From Andalucia godoyi And28 (taxonomy: Eukaryota > Protista > Jakobida), in assembly GCA_009859145.1 (NCBI GenBank), contig VRVR01000006.1, forward strand, positions 183,455 through 247,454: a DNA stretch of 64,000 nucleotides, read 5' to 3'. The notes under the pieces were generated by a model. It did no database searches. It was not told the DNA's origin and saw only the letters and a list, made by a program, of their open reading frames with translations. This document shows, in pieces, positions 44,278-56,500 of the stretch. Within the stretch, counting starts at the first letter, position 1, and each line of letters opens with the position of its first letter. A program made the translations under genes and the position numbers.

Positions 44278-44638
44278 TTCTATACAAGCAAATCTTGCGC
44301 GCTCTTCGGACCCTACCTAACTACCAAACCGACGACAGTCAACCAAAACGAGAAGAAGAAGATTTTTTTTTGTTAAACATGCTTGGCTTCGCCTTGATTG
44401 AACGCCGAGATTTTGAGATTTCCCAGATTCAAGACTTCGTTTCACTGATACATGCACAATATCAGTTGCACGCTATCAACACCCCGCACGGCAACATGTC
44501 GGGGATGACTGTAGACAGAACACTCCAACAGCAAGTGTGTTTCCCGCCAACATTTCCCGGCACCCCGACTTTTGCCCTCCCGACTGTTGCCCCTCCCGAA
44601 TTTTCCCGCTTCCTGCTCTTGTGTTTTTCTCAGTCCAC

Positions 44639-44666
<28 letters not shown>
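44639..44666. repeat. (CT)14 microsatellite
   Basis: Read directly, upstream of MSH6. Confidence 0.95.
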
Positions 44667-44670
<4 letters not shown>

Positions 44671-44801
44671 CTGACGTCCCGTTTTTCTTCTTGTTGTTGT
44701 TTTTTGTGTTTTTGGATCTTTCCCTTTATATACGTAGTTTGCACTGCTTGGCTGGACTTCTTTTTTTTTCACACCCAGATTCGCAGGTCTTTTTTCACAG
44801 C

Positions 44802-47800
44802 ATGTCTCAGAAAAGAATCACGTCGTTTTTCACCAAGGGGCCGGTTGAGCCGCCCTCGGCAAAGAAGCCGCGAGTTGACGAAACACCGTTGCACTCCTCC
44901 TCTTCCTTGACCTCCTCCCCACCAAGTACAGTGTCTTCTGTTTCAACCGTTGCTCCGCATTCCTCCAGCCGATCCGAGGATTCGTCACTGGACATCGTGC
45001 CAGTGCCGGTCCCAGCGGTAAAACTCATCATGATCAGTCCTGCTCTTGACCAAAAACAAAATCATGCGTACATGCCTCAGCAGTCTCCACGGCTCTCGCA
45101 TGTGAAGAGTGCTCGTTCGTCGCTGTCTTTTGGCTCTCCCCCGTCGGCACAGAAAGTGACTCTTGCGCAGTTTGACAAGGAATCCCGAAAGGTGGCTCGG
45201 GCCGAGGATTTTGCTCAAAGAAATGAAAATCGGTACGGATGGCTTGAGAAGAGGCTGGATGCGGAGCGACGACCTACCTCAGATCCTGAATTCGATCCCA
45301 GGACTCTGTATATTCCTCCTGGGGAATTCAGAAATCTAGCCCCGTTTGAGCAGCAGTATTGGTCGATTAAAAGGGAGCATATGGATGTCATCATCTTCTT
45401 CAAAAAAGGAAAGTTCTATGAATTGTATGAGGGAGACGCCGATATTGGGCACAAGGAATTTGATCTGAAGATGACGGACCGTGTTAATATGCGAATGGCC
45501 GGGGTCCCGGAATCCTCATTTGAATTTTGGGCGTCGAAGCTGGTTGCCAAGGGTTACAAAGTGGGGCGCGTTGAGCAAATGGAACCAGCAAAAGCAGCTG
45601 CAGCAAAGGCAGGGCCTTCCTCAAAGCCAAAGATTTGTGAACGGCAGCTGTGCCAGATTTTGACTTCAGGAACGTTGACTGAACTGGACATGATGACTTC
45701 CGAAGAAGCCTGCTATCTCATGTGTTTAACTTTTGAGGGTGATTTGGCCCGATCATCTGGTGCGTCCTTTGGCATCACTGTTGTTGACGTGTCCCGCGGT
45801 TGTCTGTTTTTGAGAAAGTGTACTTCCTTGTTGGAACTTGAAACAGTTTTTCTGCAGCTCATGCCTCGTGAGTTGTTAGTTGAAAAACAGTTACAAAGCC
45901 AATTGTCGCTATTGAAGTCGCAGCCTGTGCTGATTTCTGAGAGAAAGCCGCAGAACGAAATGGGGAAGTTGAGGATGATGGAGGCCTACCCTGACGTGTT
46001 TCAACATCCAGTGGTTCAACGCTTCTTGTCAGTGAACGTTGTTTTGGAGAGTCTCACATCGACGCTGGCTTATCTCAAGGAGCTCATGCTTGATCAGGAT
46101 CTTGTCAGCATGAATCGAATTCTGGAGTTTTCTGCAGAAATCGGCGAGTGTGACCAGTCCATGATCATTGATGGGCAGACTCTTCTCAATTTGGAGGTAT
46201 TTCAGAATTCGCTGGATGGCACGGCTTCCGGAACACTGTTTTCGGTTTTGAACAACTGCAGTTCTCCCGGGGGCGCTCGTCTTCTCCGGCGATGGGTCTC
46301 GCATCCGTTGTCTTCTGTGGCGAAGATCAACGCACGGTTGGATGCTGTCGAAGAGCTGAAAGATGACCCGCGAATGCGGTCCAATTTGATGTCCGCCCTG
46401 CGTCGGCTGCCGGACATTGAGAGATTGCTGGGACGAATTCATTCTTTCTCGCGCAAGAAATCGAAGGACGTGTACATGGTGGACAACGTCGATGAAAAAC
46501 GTCGCGCTACGTTCATGCAATTGTTGAACGGTCTGTCAGTGTTCACGGTGGCCATCTGTGAGCTGTTGGATGACTCTGTCTATGTGGATGGTCACAGCCA
46601 ATTGATTAGCGATCTCTTGAACCAAAGAAATGCATGGGAAGCAATTCAAGTTTCATTGGATTCCTTCAAGGCGATGGCTCAGAATCCTGAGAGTTATGAC
46701 GAATTTTACTGTGAAAAGCTGGGGTTCCTTGAGAACGTTGAAGAACAGCTGGAGCAGCACCTGCAAAGCTTGCAAAAACGCTTCAAGGATTCGTCTATCA
46801 GTTTCAGAAGCATGGGGAAAGAATTGTACCAAGTGGAAATTTCGCGCAAGACGGTTGACAGGAATCAGATTCCTCCGTCTTTCGAACAGATCAGTTCCAC
46901 AAAGGAGGTTGTTCGTTATTGGACGCCAGAGATTAAGAAGCTATTGGAAGTTCTCGAAAATGCCAAGGAAGCGTCGGACGCGGCCTTGAGGCAGTCTCTG
47001 GCGTCGGTGTTCAGCAAGTTCATGGAATCGTCTCAAACTTGGCTGCATATTTTTGAAGTCGCGTCCACTTTTGATGCCTTGTGTTCCTTGGCTGTTTATT
47101 CCGCTAACATTGCACCTGCTTGTCGTCCACAACTGTTGGATGGTGCCTCCACGGAGCCAGTGTTGTTACTAAGACAGATGAGGCATCCTATGATGATTCG
47201 AGGCGCTTCTCATGATTTTGTGCCGAACGATCTTCTCATTGGTGGCAGAACAGCTCCATGCATGCTCCTTACGGGTCCGAATATGGGAGGCAAGTCCACT
47301 CAACTGCGGCTGTCTTGCTATGCAACCTTGTTGTCTCAAATTGGTTGCTTTGTCCCCGCAGAGTCGTGTTTGATCACTCCAGCAGACAGGATTTTTACCA
47401 GACTCGGAGCTACAGACAGAATCATGCATGGAATGTCCACGTTTCATGTCGAACTGGATGAAACGGCTGTCATTCTCAAACACGCCACTCGTAACTCAGT
47501 CGTTATTCTTGATGAGCTTGGAAGAGGCACGAGCACGTTTGACGGATATGCAATTGCACACTCTGTTCTAAACCACTTAGCAAACGAAATTGGTTGCCGG
47601 ACGCTGTTCTGCACACACTACCATATGCTCACGGCGGAATTGGCCTTCCATCCTAATGTCTCATCATATCACATGGCTTGTCGCGTGGACGATTCGACAC
47701 GAAGCATTACGTTCCTTTATCAGCTCTTGCCAGGCTCTTGTCCAAAAAGCTACGGTCTACATGTCGCTCTTCACGCCGGTATTCCGAAGGAGATCGTTGA

Positions 47801-47915
47801 AAATGCCGAGCGTGTGGCTGAGGTATTCGAGTCGGAAACTGTAATCTGCTCCACGAATCAAGTATCCGCACTTCGCAACTTCTTGGAAAATGCTGTGTAT
47901 AGTCTGGCATCATAA
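44802..47915 (+). CDS. MSH6: DNA mismatch repair protein MSH6
   Basis: N-terminal PIP box MSQKRITSFF, FDPRTLYIP, QQYW, FFKKGKFYELYE, LLTGPNMGGKST, DELGRGTST, and CPKSYGL. ATG at 44802. Confidence 0.97.
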   Translation: MSQKRITSFFTKGPVEPPSAKKPRVDETPLHSSSSLTSSPPSTVSSVSTVAPHSSSRSEDSSLDIVPVPVPAVKLIMISPALDQKQNHAYMPQQSPRLSHVKSARSSLSFGSPPSAQKVTLAQFDKESRKVARAEDFAQRNENRYGWLEKRLDAERRPTSDPEFDPRTLYIPPGEFRNLAPFEQQYWSIKREHMDVIIFFKKGKFYELYEGDADIGHKEFDLKMTDRVNMRMAGVPESSFEFWASKLVAKGYKVGRVEQMEPAKAAAAKAGPSSKPKICERQLCQILTSGTLTELDMMTSEEACYLMCLTFEGDLARSSGASFGITVVDVSRGCLFLRKCTSLLELETVFLQLMPRELLVEKQLQSQLSLLKSQPVLISERKPQNEMGKLRMMEAYPDVFQHPVVQRFLSVNVVLESLTSTLAYLKELMLDQDLVSMNRILEFSAEIGECDQSMIIDGQTLLNLEVFQNSLDGTASGTLFSVLNNCSSPGGARLLRRWVSHPLSSVAKINARLDAVEELKDDPRMRSNLMSALRRLPDIERLLGRIHSFSRKKSKDVYMVDNVDEKRRATFMQLLNGLSVFTVAICELLDDSVYVDGHSQLISDLLNQRNAWEAIQVSLDSFKAMAQNPESYDEFYCEKLGFLENVEEQLEQHLQSLQKRFKDSSISFRSMGKELYQVEISRKTVDRNQIPPSFEQISSTKEVVRYWTPEIKKLLEVLENAKEASDAALRQSLASVFSKFMESSQTWLHIFEVASTFDALCSLAVYSANIAPACRPQLLDGASTEPVLLLRQMRHPMMIRGASHDFVPNDLLIGGRTAPCMLLTGPNMGGKSTQLRLSCYATLLSQIGCFVPAESCLITPADRIFTRLGATDRIMHGMSTFHVELDETAVILKHATRNSVVILDELGRGTSTFDGYAIAHSVLNHLANEIGCRTLFCTHYHMLTAELAFHPNVSSYHMACRVDDSTRSITFLYQLLPGSCPKSYGLHVALHAGIPKEIVENAERVAEVFESETVICSTNQVSALRNFLENAVYSLAS

Positions 47916-47961
47916 TATTGATTTTTAAAAGTGGGATGGAGATGATGTACTTTGTTTCAAT

Positions 47962-50064
47962 TTATACAGGTGGATTCGCTCGCTGCAAAAGAGGACGTGA
48001 CCGGCTCCGCAACAGAGGAATATCAGGAGGCTGAGGGACTTGGCGAGACTCTGCAAGAGAGTGATTCTGTTCCAAAGCAGCTTGCAACAGGCTTCGGCTG
48101 GCAATTGCCTTTTTCTCGGAAATGATTTTCCGAAAAATAGCCAAAAGCTCCAGGATTTCTCCTTCTGACATTGTGTAGCGGAAGGATGGGCGTCTCGGTG
48201 GCTTAGAAATCGAACTGGCAGCTGATTTCGGAGCCTTGGCGGACGAAGAAATCCCAAAGCCACTCAACTTCAGTTCGGACAGGAACATTTGCCGAGCATT
48301 TTCCAAGCGTACTTGCTTCTGCCAAGATTCCATTGCAATCGCGTGTTCTTTGAGCCGATCAAGGTGCTCTCTCTCTCTTTTTTTGTGAAAACTATGTAGA
48401 ATTGGATTCACGTCTCTCGGCACAAGTTGACTCATCACCCGCTCATACTCAGAATCTGCTGGTGCTGGTGCTGGTGCAATGGATCTCTTACGAACATCCT
48501 GTGCAGAAAACACGTGCGATCCAGATCGGACTAAAGCCCCACGTAGCGCGGAAGAAGAGCCGGCGGAACTCAGAGACGGTCTCTGGAACAAGAGCCGAGA
48601 GGGGACCACTCCCTTGCTCGGAGATGCGAACTTTGCGTTCGCGTCCGCCGCTACTAACGTTCTTTCTTCATAGTCCATCAACTGCTTTGCGTATAACACC
48701 TTCCTGGCTGTCGAGAAAACTTTGTATGTCCTCCAAACTCTTTGGATCCTTGTCACCCATTTCATAAATCTCCGAACAACAACGCGAAACCTCATGGCAG
48801 AGTAGAATTCACGCAGGGTCTTGCAGATTTTCTGGCAAGCCTTCCTTTTCTTTTGAAATTTGATGACCGCCAAAGCAAAAAAGACGTACTTCCAGAAAAT
48901 GCTGTATAGCTGACCAATTCGCTTCGATTTTTTCCACTTCAAATACGCCTTCTGAATTCTGGTTATAGCAAGAGTTCGACGGTGCGTCATTGCCCGCACG
49001 GCACGATGCAATCTGATGACCTTCAGAAATAGCATATTGCGTTGCACAACTTCAAAAACAGTCAGCCACCGCCGTCGAGACTCGGATACCTGGATCCTCT
49101 CTCTGGGGGAAAGATGGGTAAGACAGGAAATCCTTCGATCATACAGAACCTGTTCATGGGACAGTCGGTCAGAATACTGCAGAAGAAGATCTTGTTTGCG
49201 TTTTCTTGCACTTTCCAGCCGCTCGGAATACATTGCAGACGGCTTCTGCTTTCGTAATTCAGGGAGCGAAGTTTGCAAAGCCAAAGGTGGAATGGCCCCG
49301 TGTCTGCCATTCGTGCTTACCACGGATTTTGGCAATCCTTGCTGCACGGGAGCGCGTTGTTTTTCATATCTTCGAACTCTCTCTTGCAACTCTGACCGCA
49401 AATCATCTCTGGACCTCAATTCTTGGAGAAGGTCGTTCAACTTGGAGGCGACGGTCGGCTGACGATTTCGCGTTGGAACCCTGACTGTCGAAGGACGCCT
49501 TTCGTCCGAAACAGGGCGATGATGATTCTCAACATGCACTGGCGACTGGGCGACAGGAACATCCGCGCCACCAGCATGGTGATTACTCAGTTGCACTGTG
49601 CCTGCTTGACGTAACGTGCTGTTTATGTCGGCAATCATCAAATAATTCGACTCCGCAATTGACAGCACACGAGACTCCATATTGTTTCCAGAGAGCGGCA
49701 TTGCAGGAGAAATTGACGAAGATGGCAAGAAGAGCGCACTGTCAGTCTCTGCTTCCTTTGGTGTTTCGGTGTTCGACACTGCGCCCTGTACACCGCAGGA
49801 ACTATTCCGAAATGACTTGTTTTTGCTCCGCAGGCTGGTTGGAATCAACTCACTCATTGCGGACATCAGCTCATTCATTCTGAATGACGCAGTGAAGTTC
49901 GCAGCGGTAGTCTGCGGTCGGGAATGTGACCATGATCCGCGATTTCGTAGCAGATCAACACTGAAAGGATCCTGAAAATGTGATCTCGTCAGCACCCCAC
50001 CAAGTTCCGACAAAGAAACGCTTCTTCCTGGAATTGCAGTGCTTGCCCTTGACTTACCGCTCAT
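47962..50064 (-). CDS. IQ-motif basic/coiled-coil protein of unknown function
   Basis: About 700-aa ORF with IQ-like motifs ITRIQKAYLKWK and VTRIQRVWRTYK. First ATG is 50064. Confidence 0.78.
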   Translation of the reverse strand: MSGKSRASTAIPGRSVSLSELGGVLTRSHFQDPFSVDLLRNRGSWSHSRPQTTAANFTASFRMNELMSAMSELIPTSLRSKNKSFRNSSCGVQGAVSNTETPKEAETDSALFLPSSSISPAMPLSGNNMESRVLSIAESNYLMIADINSTLRQAGTVQLSNHHAGGADVPVAQSPVHVENHHRPVSDERRPSTVRVPTRNRQPTVASKLNDLLQELRSRDDLRSELQERVRRYEKQRAPVQQGLPKSVVSTNGRHGAIPPLALQTSLPELRKQKPSAMYSERLESARKRKQDLLLQYSDRLSHEQVLYDRRISCLTHLSPRERIQVSESRRRWLTVFEVVQRNMLFLKVIRLHRAVRAMTHRRTLAITRIQKAYLKWKKSKRIGQLYSIFWKYVFFALAVIKFQKKRKACQKICKTLREFYSAMRFRVVVRRFMKWVTRIQRVWRTYKVFSTARKVLYAKQLMDYEERTLVAADANAKFASPSKGVVPSRLLFQRPSLSSAGSSSALRGALVRSGSHVFSAQDVRKRSIAPAPAPADSEYERVMSQLVPRDVNPILHSFHKKREREHLDRLKEHAIAMESWQKQVRLENARQMFLSELKLSGFGISSSAKAPKSAASSISKPPRRPSFRYTMSEGEILELLAIFRKIISEKKAIASRSLLQAALEQNHSLAESRQVPQPPDIPLLRSRSRPLLQRANPPV

Positions 50065-50516
50065 TTCCTTTAACAATATGGCGTCTTCAACAAAACAAAA
50101 AAAACTCTCTGCAAGCTCTGCGAATGAACGCCCGCAGTATTTATTCTTGAGAAATTATTCGGAGAACAAAGCAGCGTATAATCTGCAAACCAATTCGTCA
50201 GTTTCCTAACGTTGGGAAACCTTGGAGAAGTCAAAGAACGAGAAAACATCGAAACTGGCCGACCCAGTCTGCTAATACATGCCACATCATGTAGCATCTG
50301 AACGGAAGCAGTTCCACCACGCTGAATGAACCGAAAGCAGAAGAAGGGATTCGGGGGGTGAAAATTCGCCCAACATTGTACACCGAATGCAACTCGGACT
50401 GCGTTGCAGTACTCGGAAGGGGGATAGGACGACGACGACGGCAAGGACGACGACGAAAATAACAACATGAAAAACAAGGCGACGAGGCGAAAAGCAAGCT
50501 ATTAATCTCTCGTGTC

Positions 50517-53500
50517 TCAGACTCGTCTCGAAGCCGCAACAACCTCGTGAATTGCCCCTCGCAAGTCAGTGGCCAATGTACTTGCGTATGCAGGACTTGG
50601 GCAATCGATTTCGATGCGTTTAGTACGGAACAGTTGCATTTGTTCAACAGATTCATGAGTCACTGATCGCTCAGCCACCACCTTGTGGCCAACGACAGTG
50701 ACGGACTGGACCTCGCCAACAGGGAAGCAGGCATCTATAGAAGGAGGTGGATGGCGGAACAGCACAAGATGTCGGTCGGTTACCGCTATACCGTATCCAC
50801 GGGATGGTAGACAGCAGAAGTGCAGCGGACGGTTATACTTTCCACTGTTACAGGACGTTAAAACCGAGTGGGCAAGAGAATCTGCAACGACGTACGGACT
50901 GACTGGGCGTCCAGAAATCAAATATCTGGGTTCCAGTATTCTTTGCACTTCATTGCCTTCCAGAAATTTCGGGGTGTTCTTGACGCCCTCCGTGGTCTTC
51001 GCAACAAAAGTAAGCGCTCCAGACACCGGCTTGGCAGCTACTCCCGCAATTCCTTTCCCAACTCCTTTGAAGAATCCAGCAACTCCGTCCTTCTTAGCTC
51101 CTTCCACTGGCTTTGTCACGAGTCCTACGATGCCTCCGAAAAGACCCTTGGCGAGAGCTTTACCGCCCTGCTCCAAACCTTCACCAAGATGACGCGCCTT
51201 GGTACGGTTTGTGGATTCCATGGATCGCACGTAATCCTTGTCAAATGACGCAGCAGTGACCGCTTTGCTCACTGTTCCGGTAATCTTCTGCGCAGCATTC
51301 ATAGAGGACTCTATGGTTTTCGACAACAGCGACGCACTCCCAGTACCGAGTCCTTCTAAAAACGCTGTTGGAGAACGCACAATTCCCTGCGCAGGCTCGA
51401 CGAAAAAGTCCACAACCCCAGTCCCAAGATTCTTCACCAGAAAGACGGGATTACCCAGCATGTCGACGGAACCAACAGCGACGACCAACTGAGCACGAGC
51501 TTGCGCGGCATAATAAGAGACGATTTTGTTCAAGAAGAATCCCGCTGGCGAAAACAAATTTGAAATTGATAGAGCATTGAAGCGTAAAGGCATATCTGAG
51601 CAATTAATCAGACTTCGCTGAAGGGAATAAAACGCGCGGAAAACTCCTGGGCTGTCTTCATGCGCGTGCGACAAAGCGGAATTAAATGTCAATGAGAATT
51701 TGAGAGAATTCAACTCCAGCGAACCAATTTTCAGGAACTTCTGATCAGAATTCAAAACATGCACACCGTAGTAACTTCGGTTCCAGGATGCGCGTTGCAA
51801 TTCCAGAGTGTCCTTTGACATAAAAGGAGAGACCAATTGCCCAATGGCCGAAATCAGGTTCGTATCTGCCATCAGATTGAATTCTCTCATAAGCACAGAA
51901 AAATACGGTATGACAATAGCAGAAGAGTGATCTGCAGCAACGACTGTGCTAACATGTAGAAATGGCGGTTTAGAAGACTGCGAGGACGCAGACGACGACG
52001 CAGCTGGGCATAACAGTATCGGATTGATACACTCGGGCAACTGGTTGTCAATTTGGAAGCCACCAACTTTAAATTCAAAAGATGATTGCAAGTCAAAAAG
52101 ACGAACGTGGCTCTCCGTATTCATGAACGACGCGAGGATAATTTCTCGAGGCACAGTATCAACAATCGAAAAGTGAAGCAGGGGAAGCTGCAGCACTATA
52201 TCCCACGGCTTGTTGTGCGACACTGCCGAAGAAGATTTGGCGGAAAAGACTATTGTCTGCGAATGATCTGCAACTTTGACAGTGCAAAATAACAGTGAAC
52301 CGTCACTGCACGTGACAAATGGGCGGTTAGGTAACGAAGAGTCCTCAAAATAGAAAGCAGCGGACTGTGTTCCTCTCCACGACACGACAGCAACATGATG
52401 CTCAGAGTTCAGTGTTGGCCACCCAAATGCCTTCTGAGATTGAGGAAGAATCGACTGAGAGAATGAAGTAGCTAGCTTTGGAAACGACAATGAAATCGTA
52501 GCGTCTGTTTCGTTCACAAGAAGATAAGGCGGCTGCGCAGGAGAACTCTCAATTGTAAGGAATGATTGCAAAGGTGAGAAATCCACGACAATGCGAGGAC
52601 AGAACCCCTCACAAATCTGCAAGAACCCTTCAGAAGCGTTGTCCAGACGGATGGGAGACGAATATACAGTCCCGTTCTGTTCTACTGTCAACAGAACAAC
52701 AGGAACAGTGCAAGAAAGCAGATAACAAGGCCGCGGAGCAGACTGAGAATCACAGGAGATTAATTGTCTCCTAGTAGAATCAAGAACCTGTACAATTCCA
52801 ATTTTCCTTTCCGAGCTGTTTTTGATAACGAAGCAGGGGCGTACAGTCACCAACACGCAACGAGAAAGGGGTGGAGGGCATTCCTTGACATCCATCGTGA
52901 TGTCAAACTCATCGCCAGAGTCTGCTTGACAAGTAATCTTCGACGTCTGGCCGACCTCGAAGGTCACAAACGACTTGGAACGGTAACTCTGATTCAATGA
53001 AAGATAAACTCGGCCGTTGCGACAAGACCTAGAAGAAAACATCAACGGCACATCAACCAACGGGCAACCTTCAATTAAACTGCCTTCCTGATCCGCAGAA
53101 ACAGACCCACAAAACGGCTGCCAGTCCCCGCCTTCCAAGGGAAGTGACATCAAATCTAACTTCAATCCTGTGTTGTTAACAATGAGAAACTCGGAGAATA
53201 CCGTCACAACTCTTTGCATTCGATCAAGGTGAGAATCAACCGTCAAAAACAGAGCACGACCTTGTCGGTCCATCACTTTCAGCGAGGACTCCGCTTCTAC
53301 TGAATTCCAACCATCCGTGCCAAGACCACAGTGGCACTTGAGAAAGGAAGATCCTCGGTAAACCCCTGCTGGAAGAACGGACATGTACAAGTCTTGTTTT
53401 GGATTTAACCGATCAAGTTTTCGGCTTTCTCCCGACGGAATGCTCATTTTCAAGGCGATAACTTCCCCGTTGGCGAAACAGGAAAATAAAAACACGCATT

Positions 53501-56500
53501 CCACAGGCATTTCATTACGGACGACAAACGGAGCAGCGGCAACAAGCGATGGGATCAGAATAGAATCGTCATAAAGAGAGAGGCCGCTCTTAGGAGAATT
53601 CGATATCAAGTAAGAGACCGAAGCGCCCTGAACATCCTTGTCCACTGCCAACGACTTCAGGTGCACAAACTGAGTTGCGACAGAAGTTCTTGAATAGACT
53701 TGAGGCGCATGCAGACTGAAATTGTCAGAGGAAAAAACAGGGGCAAGGCAAAAGCCGTCCGTAAACGCAATGTACGAATCTGTATCCGGCAACAAATCCT
53801 CCACCGGCGCGAATCCAGAATCGACAACACGAAACACCCGGAGCATGAATGAGCACGCATTTCTTATTGAAATATCCGAATGAAATGTGACCACACGAGA
53901 ACCGGTTGCCTGCACCTCAGTCGTGCAGCCAAAAACCGCACCGCGGGTAGTGTACATCCAACGTGTTCCTGTAAAGTTGAGAAGAAGGTCAGATATAGAG
54001 TCCCCAGTCGCAAAATGGATCGTAAACCTCACGTCAAAATACGAGCTTGGAGTATGTCGATTCAGAAGTGAATCGGTCGAGCGGCGCAGAAGATCGCAAG
54101 AAATCGGGAACGGTACACCATAGACAAGGTCTACTCCTTGAGAAAACCAAGAAAGAGAAGCTCTCTCCGCCAAACGATTGACGAATACAAGAGGAATGAA
54201 CTCGGATCGGTATTTCATGGTCTGTTGCCGACTGTCGAATGAAAATACCTCGTCCGTTACAGTTCTTAAGCGTTGCAAGAAACATATTGTTGAGGGCGAA
54301 ACCACACACAAAATCCTTGAAGTTGACGAAGCTTTCATAGATGTTTCACAAAAAGAGCCCGTCAGCTGACAATCCTCCACAAAAGGCTCAAAGGCCATAC
54401 ACGAAGAAGAAAAGCAATCAATGGAAAATGCAGACAAGGAAATATTAGTGTTAAGACGATTGCCCCATTCCAGAACACCATTGGAGACCCGGAAGAAGAT
54501 CTTGCACAGAGGACTGTCGAAACCTCGTAAATCGTCCACGAATTCCACCAGGACGTCAATTGCACTTCCCTCTGTCACAGAAACTGTGTGCACAGAAGGT
54601 CGAACAGAAGGAGGCAGCGCATCCGCCTTGGAACCATACTCATCCTGAGCAACCTCTATGTCCCTCTGCAATTTTCCAAGCATCAAATGCAACAATCGCA
54701 AATCATTGATCGACAAACGAGATCTTAGAGCGGAACAATCAACAGTATGCGAAATCAACAACGCACCGCCATGCACGCTTCCGTCGCTTGACGAAGAAGA
54801 ACACAAGTCAATCTTCTCCATTAGGTAAGTATTCACTGGACTGGAGACAGCATCCAGTACATCCTGCAAAAACACCGTTAATCCTTTCAGCGTCACAACA
54901 TTGGTTTCCTTGCTGTCAGAAGAATTCTGATTGAACAACACATCTCCTGCAATGCAAAAATCCGAAGATTGTGAGGGGTGCGCGACTTGTTCACGTAATG
55001 GAAAACGTAGTAAAGTGTCAAACAACGTCACATCTAAACGCCTGCGGAGAACAGGCGACAAGGCCGGAATGGGAGACAATAATGGTGTCAGAACATTGTT
55101 GCCAACTGATTGAAGTTTTAGCCAGAACCCGGGGAACGAAAAGAAATCCACAGACTGAGACTCGACAACCGTCGATGATGAGCCGTTCGTCTTGGAATCT
55201 GTTAACGAAATATCCAAAAATGAAGAACTACCTCGGGGCTTCACAACTGGACGACCGGCAGAACAGTCAATCAGCATTGGCTGCACAAATCTGCATTGGA
55301 AACGATTCCGAGCGTCAGATTGAAAGTTGTCTACGTCGCAACGATCGGATACAAATTTGACAAATCCGGCAGTTTCTGCACCACCAACACCTTCCGAAAA
55401 CAACGCCGCAACGCTTGACAATCGAACAGACAATTGGACCGATGCGGCGGGTACAGTTGGAATATCTGCAGAAGTACCCATAAAACGTGCGAATGAATTA
55501 GAGACATTGCGGACCAAAGCCCAATAGAGAGCGTGCACAGCTGTTCGCGAGAGAAAAGCTTCAACAGCCACCGAACATGACACTGCTGTGGAAATGCTGC
55601 CGTCGCCACCCATGCAGAGACTGAACTGCAACGGAATACTACGGATGATTCCGTGGGACACACCGTTTTGATTGTGGATCAGCGAACAAGCGTGGGATTC
55701 TCCACGAATCACCAATTTGCTTTGGGAAGGCACGGCTGCGTCTTCGGAACCAGTCTGGAAATTCACATCCAAATCAGACACTTCGGCAACAATGCCGTAC
55801 AAGCAGTTGACAGTACAATTCTCGATATGGACACACGCATTCAAGACAGAATTGCTACGCGGAGGCAACGGGGCATTCACTGATAAATCTTGAACAGCAG
55901 CACTGGATAATGCGAACCATTCAGAAAGGTGCTGGAAGAACTGCTGGGAGTACACAACAGAGAAGTCCTCTAAATGGCAACCAATTTTGTTCTCGCAAAC
56001 AGTAAATCGAAACGACGGCTCAACGTCGTCTACACGAGGTCCAAACAACATTGCGTCAGTCACTGTTGAATCCAGATCCACGGCCAGCGTTGAGTGATAC
56101 CGCACACACAGCCCTTCAGTAGTTCCCCGCAGTCCATCTTGTGACGAAGTGACCTCCATACATCGCGACTGAGATGTACAAAACAACCGGTCCTTGAAGC
56201 ACAGGGCAATCTCACATCCATTGAGACGAAACTTTGCGAGATGGCTATTCGCAGACTCTCGAGGCATTGCGGGAGCTAAAATACGAAGCTTGGCTGCAGC
56301 GAAAGGAGATAGGGATAATTGCACATGGGACTGCAGACGAGTGTACTCGGGAAGAGAAAACGAATCGACTAATATCCGTACAGCTGTCATTTCGACAACC
56401 GTTTCCTTTGGGTCAAACTGAATAGAGAGGAAGTTGTTGCTCTCCAGACCACAGCGCACAGACGGGGAAAAGACCGTCCTTCGTGAATCTCCGGTCAAAG

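Noticed and set aside
44181-44801. N-terminal extension of MSH6 shown in the ORF track
   Set aside because: It overlaps the CSN2 start and a (CT)14 repeat. The PIP-box start MSQKRITSFF at 44802 is the plausible N-terminus.
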